From Halobacteriaceae archaeon (GTDB taxonomy: Archaea; Halobacteriota; Halobacteria; Halobacteriales; Halobacteriaceae), in contig JBDGTS010000032.1 in the NCBI GenBank assembly GCA_042216675.1, forward strand, positions 1 through 15,094: a DNA stretch of 15,094 nt. Direction: 5' to 3'. Both the position numbers and the translations under genes were made by a program. Positions 8,838 through 15,094 of this stretch are shown in pieces. Below the pieces are notes generated by a model that did no database searches, was not told the origin of the DNA, and saw nothing but the letters and a program-made list of their open reading frames with translations. Positions within the stretch are counted from its first letter, which is position 1. Each line of letters starts with the position of its first letter.

Positions 8838-10136
8838 TCAGCGGAGGAACTCGGGGTCCGCGAAGTCCTCCTCCTCCCCCGCCACGTCGAGGACGTCGAG
8901 TGCTGTGACGGTGGCGTGACAGCCCAGTAGTCCCGCCAGCGAGGGCTTGGTGCGCCCCTCGTCCCCGCTCACGAGTTCCTTCACGTAGAGGCCGCCCTCG
9001 CCGGTGAGTTCGACGACGGCGTGACGCTCGTCGACCAACTCCGCGGAGATGTCGTAGACGGTGCGCTCGCGGGTCTTCGCCGCCCGGCGGTGGTCGACGC
9101 GGGTCGGCGTCTCCTGTGCCACCGTCGTCCCGTCGAGGTCGGCGATGGCGTTGGCGAGGTCCGTCTCCGTGACTGGCGCGTCGAACGCCACGTCGGCGCG
9201 GTACGTCTTCCGCGCGTCGAGGCCCTTCACGCGTTCGACCATCTCGTAGGTGGCGAGTTCGAGGTCAGACACCGCGACGCCGTCCTCGTCGTTGATGGCG
9301 TCTTCGAGAGCGTCCACGTCGGGCGAGCGGAACCGGGGCTCTTTCACCTCGACGACGAACGGCCGGCCCGTGCCGAGCATCTTCGCGTCCACGTCCTCGC
9401 GGCCTGCTCCGTGGAAGACGGCCTCGTCGCCGTCCATCACCTCCCGAACGTGGGGCGCGACGAGTTCTTCGACGGAGCGGTCGTAGAGGTAGCCCGACCC
9501 GCCACAGTGGTCACAGTCCTCCTCGCCGTCGTCGCCCAGCTGTTTGCCGGACCCGCCGCACTCGCGGCAGGGCCACTCCGTCTGGGGGATGCCCCGCTCC
9601 AGTTTCCGGTAGCGGCCGTAGACGAACGCGGGGTTGACCTGCACGTCCACGTCGCCGCGTTCGACGTTACAGAGCGCCAGCACGTCCGGGCGCTCGAAGT
9701 CCACCTCCGCGCCGGTGGCCTGCCCGACGCGCTTGCCCACCTCGCGGTTCATCTCGGATTTGAGTTCCTCGCCGGCGTCGTCGTCGAGACCGGCGTCCTC
9801 GCGCAGGAGTCGGTCGTTCTCCGCGAGGAGCGGCGGCACGCGGGAGCCGACCTGATACGTCTCGAACTCCACGCCGGCGACGGCGTCGACGACTCGCTCG
9901 GCCCACTCGTCGTAGCGGTCGGTCAGCCCCTCGCACACCCAGCAGTCGCGGGCGTCGGGGGCCTCGTATGGCTCGTCGTCCGCCAGCGCCGCCGTCACCC
10001 GGAGACCGCGGCCCCGGTCGTCGTTGCCGAGGCCGAAACTCCGGTCCGCGAAGACGCGGCCGAGACAGGCGTCACACACCGGCCCGGCCGCGAGGACGGC
10101 GCGGGCGTCTGCGAGGAACTCAGAGTCCGCAGTCAT
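8838..10136 (-). CDS. pus10: tRNA pseudouridine(54/55) synthase Pus10
   Basis: Start MTADSEFL at 10136 (ORF-track 5' extension rejected). [29 protein letters not shown], catalytic [33 protein letters not shown] and [19 protein letters not shown]. Confidence 0.96.
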   Translation of the reverse strand: MTADSEFLADARAVLAAGPVCDACLGRVFADRSFGLGNDDRGRGLRVTAALADDEPYEAPDARDCWVCEGLTDRYDEWAERVVDAVAGVEFETYQVGSRVPPLLAENDRLLREDAGLDDDAGEELKSEMNREVGKRVGQATGAEVDFERPDVLALCNVERGDVDVQVNPAFVYGRYRKLERGIPQTEWPCRECGGSGKQLGDDGEEDCDHCGGSGYLYDRSVEELVAPHVREVMDGDEAVFHGAGREDVDAKMLGTGRPFVVEVKEPRFRSPDVDALEDAINDEDGVAVSDLELATYEMVERVKGLDARKTYRADVAFDAPVTETDLANAIADLDGTTVAQETPTRVDHRRAAKTRERTVYDISAELVDERHAVVELTGEGGLYVKELVSGDEGRTKPSLAGLLGCHATVTALDVLDVAGEEEDFADPEFLR

Positions 10137-10216
10137 GCCCACACGTCGGGGTGGCGGCCGTATCTGTCTTGCCATCGCACCGAACGACTGAAGCACGGTG
10201 CGGGCGAACGCCGGCC

Positions 10217-10819
10217 ATGCGCCAGTTCGTCGTCGTGGGCCACGAGGCCCCCGTCGTGCCCGACTTCTCGCTCGACAACCTCGCCGGCGGCGCGGGCCGC
10301 CTCGACCTCCTGTGTCGCTGTGTCGGCGCCGGCCTGTTCCTCTCACACGGCATTCGGGACGACGCCCGCGTCCACCTCGTCCTGCAGGACGCCCGGACCG
10401 TCACCTTCGACGGCGCGGATCTCCGCAACGCCCGGCCCGACGAGCGCACCCTCGCGGGCCTCGTCCGGTCGGCGCTCGACGCCGCGGAGGACGCCGTGGG
10501 CCACCGCGCCGTCGAGAGTTCGCCGGGCGTCACCGTCTCCAAGCGCGGCCTGAAACCGACGCTCGAAGACGTGGCGCGCCGCCGCACCGTCGTCCACCTC
10601 CACGAGGACGGCGACCCCCTGCCGGCGACCGACCCGCCGGCGGACCCCGTCTTCGTCCTCTCGGACCACCGTGACTTCACCGACGACGAGATGGCCCTCC
10701 TCGACGACGCGGGTGACCGCCGCGTGAGCCTCGGCCCGAAGGCCATCCACGCCGACCACGCCACCGCCGTCGCCCACAACTATCTCGACACCGACGGCTA
10801 CGACGCCGACGCCTACTGA
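10217..10819 (+). CDS. trmY: tRNA (pseudouridine(54)-N1)-methyltransferase TrmY (SPOUT)
   Basis: Start MRQFVVVGH at 10217. [40 protein letters not shown] and [11 protein letters not shown]. Divergent from pus10. Confidence 0.94.
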   Translation: MRQFVVVGHEAPVVPDFSLDNLAGGAGRLDLLCRCVGAGLFLSHGIRDDARVHLVLQDARTVTFDGADLRNARPDERTLAGLVRSALDAAEDAVGHRAVESSPGVTVSKRGLKPTLEDVARRRTVVHLHEDGDPLPATDPPADPVFVLSDHRDFTDDEMALLDDAGDRRVSLGPKAIHADHATAVAHNYLDTDGYDADAY

Positions 10820-10875
10820 CCACCCCAGTTCGCCGGTGGCCGAACGCTGAAGTCCGCGGGTGGCGACCCTGTCCT

Positions 10876-12288
10876 ATGGCAACCGGTGACATCCAGCCGC
10901 TCGTGGACACCCAAATCGCGGACGGCATGGGCCAACTCCGCGTCGTGCCGGTCGTTCGCTCGGGCGACGACGACGCCCTGCTCCTCGTCCACAGCGAGGA
11001 CGGCAACCACGACCCCGCGCCGAACCACTTCGGCTTTCCGGAGGACACGCTGACGCTGACGCTCCTCGACTCGGATGGGTCGGTCCGCTGGGAGACGGAC
11101 CTCGGCACGGGCGTCGTTCCCGGGATCTGGTTCTGCCCGGTGTACCCCTTCGACCTCGACGGCGACGGCGACGAGGAAATCTGGTGTGTCACGACCGAGG
11201 ACCCCGACCACCAGTTCAACACGACCGCCCATCGCCTCACGCGCATCGACGCCGACACGGGTGAGATTTCGGGCCGCTGGGACTGGCCCCGCTACCCGCC
11301 GGGCCGACAGAGCCTGAAGTTCCGTAACTTCATCCTCGGCGGTCACGTCGGCGACGACCCGGTCCTCGTCACCGCGCAGGGCACCTACGCCGACATGTAC
11401 CTACAGGGGTGGAACGCCGACCTGAGCCGACGCTGGTCGGTCGAGATTCCGGCCCACGACCCCGACTTCTTCGAGACGCTGGGCGGCCGCGACTGGGCCG
11501 TCGAGACGACCCAGACCGCCCCCGGCGCACGCGGGAGTCACATGTGCCCCGTCCTCGACATCGACGGCGACGGCGACGACGAACTGCTGTGGGGCGAACG
11601 CCTCTTCGAGTTGGACACCGGCACGGAGCGGTGGTGCGCCGACCGGGACACGTGGTTCGGGCACTCGGACGTCGTTCAGCCGACGTACGACCGGGCGCGC
11701 GACGAGTGGGCCGTGTTCACCGTCCGCGAGAGCTACACCGACGTGTCGCCGCGCGTCGCGATGTACGACGCCGAGGGCGCGCGACTCTGGAGCGACGTCG
11801 ACGAGGGCCACATGCACGTCGGGTGGACGGCCCGCCTCGACCCAGACGGCACCCACGTCGCGATGGCCGGCCGGAACAAGCAGGCCGCCTACGAGGAGAT
11901 GGACGAGTTCCTCTGGGACGCGGCGACGGGCGCGTCTCGCGACGTGCCGTTCCCGGTCTACTCCACGGTGCCGGTGGACCTCGACGGCGACGGCCGCCAC
12001 GAACTCGCCTATCGCATGTTCGGGCGCGAGGGGCGCGTAATCGACCGGGAGGGGACGCACCTCGGAACGCTCGACGGCCACGTCGCGCACTCCCAACCCT
12101 CGAAGCTGCTCGACCACCCCGGTGAGCAGATCGTCACGTACACCGACGGCGGCCGGGTGCGCGTCTGGGGCGACCGGGAGGCCGCGGACTCGGCCGCGGC
12201 CCGCGAGCGATACGACCACCCCTACTACCGGAAGTCACAGCGCCTGTCCGCCGTGGGCTACAACTGGCGCAACCTCGGCGGCCTCTGA
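10876..12288 (+). CDS. FG-GAP/Ca-binding beta-propeller protein, rhamnogalacturonan lyase (PL11, YesW/YesX)-like, no signal peptide
   Basis: Three DxDGDGxxE Ca-binding loops (DLDGDGDEEI, DIDGDGDDEL, DLDGDGRHEL). GSHMCPVLDIDGDGDDELLWGE, GHSDVVQP and C-terminal DHPYYRKSQRLSAVGYN resemble PL11 motifs. Host-like codon usage, acidic. Confidence 0.7.
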   Translation: MATGDIQPLVDTQIADGMGQLRVVPVVRSGDDDALLLVHSEDGNHDPAPNHFGFPEDTLTLTLLDSDGSVRWETDLGTGVVPGIWFCPVYPFDLDGDGDEEIWCVTTEDPDHQFNTTAHRLTRIDADTGEISGRWDWPRYPPGRQSLKFRNFILGGHVGDDPVLVTAQGTYADMYLQGWNADLSRRWSVEIPAHDPDFFETLGGRDWAVETTQTAPGARGSHMCPVLDIDGDGDDELLWGERLFELDTGTERWCADRDTWFGHSDVVQPTYDRARDEWAVFTVRESYTDVSPRVAMYDAEGARLWSDVDEGHMHVGWTARLDPDGTHVAMAGRNKQAAYEEMDEFLWDAATGASRDVPFPVYSTVPVDLDGDGRHELAYRMFGREGRVIDREGTHLGTLDGHVAHSQPSKLLDHPGEQIVTYTDGGRVRVWGDREAADSAAARERYDHPYYRKSQRLSAVGYNWRNLGGL

Positions 12289-12308
12289 GCCGCCGGTCGG
12301 GCGGGTCC

Positions 12309-12321
12309 GGAAGCGTTAAAC
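12309..12321 (+). promoter_or_regulatory. BRE/TATA promoter of tRNA-Pro
   Basis: GGAAGCGTTAAAC about 26-38 nt upstream of the mature tRNA 5' end. Confidence 0.6.
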
Positions 12322-12346
12322 ACCGCGCCCCCCTTCGTTCTCCTGC

Positions 12347-12419
12347 GGGCCGGTGGGGTAGCTTGGTATCCTTCGGCCTTCGGGTGGCCGTAACCACGAT
12401 TCAAATTCGTGCCGGCCCA
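12347..12419 (+). tRNA. tRNA-Pro (anticodon CGG), intronless, CCA not encoded
   Basis: Folded by hand: acceptor GGGCCGG/CCGGCCC plus A73, D-arm GGGT-AGCTTGGTA-TCCT, anticodon arm CGGCC-TTCGGGT-GGCCG (CGG at 12381-12383), T-arm CACGA-TTCAAAT-TCGTG. Confidence 0.96.
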
Positions 12420-12694
12420 CTAACTATCCCAGCCATTTTGGAGTCGAGGAAAATCGCCATATAGCTTGGGGTTCACCGGGTCTCAGTGCCGCCAGACGAG
12501 TTACAGCACACTAACGCTCCCGGCCACACACCGCGCCATCACGCGGTTTTCTAGAGCCGAAAAACTACTGCGCGTCCGAACAGCTACCACGCTTCTCGCG
12601 CCGCGCGCCGCTGACCGGACAGGCGTCGACGCGCCTCGGGAGTGACTTTTGGCGCCGCCGCGCGCGGTGAAACCTCACAGCGCGCACCGATCGT

Positions 12695-12970
12695 GATGCA
12701 ACTCTACGGACTCCACCGAGAATCACCATCGTTGGCGCACTAACGTTTGCAGTCCTGACGGAATTCTGCTGACGCACGTCTATGCCTGAGATGGTAATAC
12801 GGGACTGGCACTACGGAATGTGGACCGACGGTCACATAGCTGGGGGCTGTATCACTGGTATGATGTTGTTCGTCCTCCCCTGGATGGCCCTCATCATCGG
12901 CCTCTCCATCTACTTTGTCTACTGGCTGGCGACTCGATCCCAGACTGGAGACAGCCCCCTCGTGCTCCTC
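12695..12970 (+). pseudogene. Decayed SHOCT-type membrane protein (signal-like N-terminus, Gly/Met/His/Trp linker, TM helix; SHOCT helix lost)
   Basis: One frame reads DATLRTPPRITIVGALTFAVLTEFC* (12695-12772). ORF 12782 continues WHYGMWTDGHIAGG...GMMLFVLPWMALIIGLSIYFVYWLATRSQTGDSPLVLL and stops resembling the family where L.ERYARGEI would be expected. Family call is from memory. Confidence 0.5.
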
Positions 12971-13379
12971 TGTTACAGTTTCCGTGCGACTACATCGATG
13001 AACAGCGTCCGGAGGTGACTGACGAGCACGGCCGGAAGTCCCTGCTGGTGACTGGACATAGTCGGATAACGACGAACACGCTTCGCTACTATACATACCA
13101 GCTGACCCGCCCATATGTGTCGGAAAGAAATACCCGCATAACCGATATCTCCAAGAGTACGACGCGCGATATCGACGGTACGAGGCGAGTGAATGTCCAT
13201 CCTCGCGGTCGCTGCACGCGATTCGGGGGTGGCGCGATCACTCACTTTCTAAGTGAAAATGTACCTGCCACCGTAGTGTCAATTATGATGGGTATTAATA
13301 GAGAAGCACTTGGTGAGCACTACGATGCTTCCGGCAGAAAATGAACCAACGCCGCGAACACCTGCCAAGCTACGACTAA
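12971..13379 (+). pseudogene. C-terminal fragment of a haloarchaeal tyrosine recombinase/integrase (SNJ2/pleolipovirus-type), at least 3 frameshifts
   Basis: Joined across frames: DYIDEQRPEVTDEHGRKSLLVTGHSRITTNTLRYYTYQLTRP / CVGKKYPHNRYLQEYDARYRRYEASECPSSRSLHAIR / GAITHFLSENVPATVVSIMMGINREALGEHYD / QKMNQRREHLPSYD*. HxxR at 13215-13226; catalytic Tyr codon at 13321-13323. Confidence 0.85.
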
Positions 13380-13526
13380 TCTGAGATCCAGCAATATCCC
13401 GGTCTGGGCGGTCCCATAGTCTTCTGCGTCCAATTGAAAGTCGAAAAGATGCGCCATAAGACTTGGACTCCACGGGTTCACAGCGCTATTTTCGCGTACG
13501 ATTTGAAACCTACTGGCGACCACCGG

Positions 13527-13907
13527 CTACGCTATATCGCAATTAGAAGATTCTACGCACGCCGGGTAATCAGAGTCAGGTATCTCGGCCCTCCATAAGC
13601 CAATCGCTGTCGCCACAATCCCGAGTCCGACGACTGAGGCCAGCCCTCGATGTGCCCACTCCGCAAAGATCTGGAGAGCAGTGTACGGAGACTGCTGTAC
13701 GATTCCTGGGTGAAGAAACGGAATGAGCGTCCCGTAGCACGTCGGCCAGTCGGGGCACGCCAGCCCGGCCCCGATAGCGCTCGTATATGCTCCAAGAAGC
13801 ATCAACACGTATGTTCCGACCGACACGACTCCGGATAGATGGTAATAGCTGAACGTAGTCATCACGGACGGCTTCACCGTAGTCGCTGGCGAGGTTGCCT
13901 TGGCCAT
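13527..13907 (-). pseudogene. COX15/CtaA (heme A synthase) family protein, only the first two TM helices; probably C-terminally truncated
   Basis: LLGAYTSAIGAGLACPDWPTCYG and IFAEWAHRGLASVVG are CtaA signatures. After GLWRAE the sequence is hydrophilic and stops, and I found no hydrophobic continuation in other frames. Confidence 0.75.
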
Positions 13908-13909
13908 GG

Positions 13910-14971
13910 TTACAGCGTCACGGACATTTCGTTCATCTCCAAGAACGCCATCTCGTAGCCTTCGTGACGAGCCGTCTGCGGTGGTGCATCCACGGTGATT
14001 GTCAGTTCGTCACCGGATTCGACACCTGAGACAGCTGCACCATAGTGATAGCGCAGCTCTGGGTCGATCGTCGATTGGAGAATACCGTCGTAAATCGTCT
14101 CACTGCCGCGTTTCAGTGTCGCCGAAAGCGACATTAGCGGAAGCATATAGCGATTGTACGGGGTTCGCGGCGAGACCGCGAGATACGTTTCGTCATCGTT
14201 GCCTCCGAATCGAGTCGCGTCACTGAGCGTGGTTATGACGAACTGGGCATCACCGCTCGTTGCCAAACCCCGAACGGTCCCCGGTAGGTCTCCTTTCGGC
14301 GGGACTTGCGTATTCGGCATCATTTTCATCTCCATCGGGGGAACGGCACCTTTCGTTCCCTGCTTGTCCGCCGGGATGTCCCGGTACCTGATCTCCTCGA
14401 GCTTAGACTGTTGGAAGTCGAACTCGAACGTGAACGACGCCTGTCCCTGATTGTCGGCGAGCGATCCCGTACGACGAGTCGAAGGCGAGCCGATGCTCAC
14501 CTCGACCGTATACGTCCCGTTCCCACCGAGCTGGACGTTGTCGCCAAAGTGGAAGCCCATCGGCTGCGAGAGCATCGGCCACGGTCCCAATTGAGCGACT
14601 TTCTCTCCATCTTGTGTAACGGATATCTGCGGATTGATATCAGGAGGAACGATTCCCGTTTTGGTATCCCAGACGACCGGCATCAGATGGACCGAGTCCG
14701 TCGCTTTGATTTCGACTTTCTCTCGCCGACTCGCGGTTACAAGCCAGAACCGATGTGGGTACGTGTACGTCAGCGCGCACTTGTAGCTCCCCTGTGATTG
14801 CATCCCGGCCATCTTCATCCCCTCAACGTGGGTCGGATAATAGACCGCATTCGGCCGATTTTCGACGAGCGGTGGTGCCAGGGCAGATCGTGTCTCGAAG
14901 AGACCTGCACAGCCAGCCACCCCACCGAGCGTCGCCCCCGCGATCGTACCCAACACTTTACGACGACGCAT
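13910..14971 (-). CDS. Tat-exported lipoprotein, Fe2+/Cu-binding P19/Tp34/FetP-like 'iron transporter'
   Basis: MRRRKVL twin-arginine motif plus lipobox VAGC. HLMPVVWD, PMLSQPMGFHFGDNV, LRYHYGAAV and ARHEGYE motifs; Met-rich linkers. SD GGAGGTGG 3 nt upstream of the ATG. Confidence 0.8.
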   Translation of the reverse strand: MRRRKVLGTIAGATLGGVAGCAGLFETRSALAPPLVENRPNAVYYPTHVEGMKMAGMQSQGSYKCALTYTYPHRFWLVTASRREKVEIKATDSVHLMPVVWDTKTGIVPPDINPQISVTQDGEKVAQLGPWPMLSQPMGFHFGDNVQLGGNGTYTVEVSIGSPSTRRTGSLADNQGQASFTFEFDFQQSKLEEIRYRDIPADKQGTKGAVPPMEMKMMPNTQVPPKGDLPGTVRGLATSGDAQFVITTLSDATRFGGNDDETYLAVSPRTPYNRYMLPLMSLSATLKRGSETIYDGILQSTIDPELRYHYGAAVSGVESGDELTITVDAPPQTARHEGYEMAFLEMNEMSVTL

Positions 14972-15094
14972 TGGCCACCTCCGTGGACGATTCAGTCGAA
15001 GGATCCGCCGGTGGGAGCGACCGCAGAGAACGCGGCGGGACGAGGTAGTTGCCGCGGTGCTGGGTGCGGATGTACTGGAGGATGCCGTTGTTGT
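14958..15094 (-). CDS. 3' end of a haloarchaeal Tat-pathway protein with Dyp-peroxidase-like C-terminus (partial)
   Basis: Not in the ORF track. Minus frame from 15092 reads NNGILQYIRTQHRGNYLVPPRSLRSLPPADPSTESSTEVANASS* (stop 14958-14960), overlapping the next gene by 14 nt. LQYI..GNYLVPP resembles the Dyp/EfeB C-terminal L.EY...G.YF.PP pattern. Confidence 0.6.
   Translation of the reverse strand, partial: NNGILQYIRTQHRGNYLVPPRSLRSLPPADPSTESSTEVANASS

Larger units (their letters stand above)
12420..15094. mobile_element. Left edge of a putative tRNA-Pro-associated genomic island / decayed integrative element
   Basis: Abrupt shift to more AT-rich DNA and A/T-ending codons right after the tRNA; an integrase remnant; several pseudogenes; metal-related cargo. 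The second att copy is not seen in the window. Confidence 0.65.

Noticed and set aside
9490-9575. DnaJ-like CxxCGGSG repeats inside Pus10
   Set aside because: A Cys-rich insert after PQTxWPC is a usual feature of archaeal Pus10, not a novel fusion.
9968-10346. Apparent overlapping 5' extensions of pus10 (to 10346) and trmY (from 9968)
   Set aside because: Low-complexity extensions; family-like sequence starts at 10136 and 10217.
12565-12777. Minus-strand 70-aa ORF followed by a T5 tract
   Set aside because: Arg-rich with no recognisable motif, and it is antisense to the SHOCT-like remnant.
12820-13344. 174-aa ORF as an intact novel protein
   Set aside because: It is a patchwork of in-frame and out-of-frame pieces of the integrase pseudogene plus an off-frame read of the upstream remnant.
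13410-13509. Two CRISPR-repeat-like 3' ends (CAATTGAAAG ending 13440 and ATTTGAAAC ending 13509) spaced 69 bp apart
   Set aside because: The rest of the two units align poorly, there is no third unit, they do not match known haloarchaeal repeats as I recall them, and no cas genes are present.
13490-13545. Minus-strand GGTTTCAAATCG resembling a tRNA T-loop, a possible attR or tRNA fragment
   Set aside because: Flanks do not match the tRNA-Pro 3' end and no cloverleaf forms.
13565-13590. Possible IS terminal repeat (minus-strand TACCTGACTCTGAT) at the ctaA breakpoint
   Set aside because: No partner inverted repeat, target duplication or transposase is visible; it cannot be supported without an ISfinder search.

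Overview
Haloarchaeal (Halobacteria) chromosomal window with high GC, acidic proteins and mostly leaderless genes. Positions 1-12419 are a housekeeping block: 5' end of aIF5B/IF-2 (-), PRC-barrel cell-division protein (CdpB2-like) and nob1 (+), CPBP/CAAX protease and pgi (-), two conserved hypotheticals, secF-secD and an MFS transporter (+), rnhB and pus10 (-), trmY (+), a signal-less PL11/FG-GAP-like beta-propeller (+) and tRNA-Pro(CGG), which has a non-canonical A53:U61 T-stem pair. Directly after the tRNA the DNA becomes visibly more AT-rich and looks like the decayed edge of a tRNA-integrated island. It holds a SHOCT-type membrane-protein remnant fused to a frameshifted C-terminal fragment of a haloarchaeal tyrosine integrase, then a coupled minus-strand cluster: a Dyp-like Tat protein (3' end only), a Met/His-rich P19/Tp34-like Tat lipoprotein and a shortened CtaA/Cox15-like protein. 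That cluster is the best candidate for an uncharacterised metal/heme-handling system. All family calls come from motif recognition; no database searches were run.
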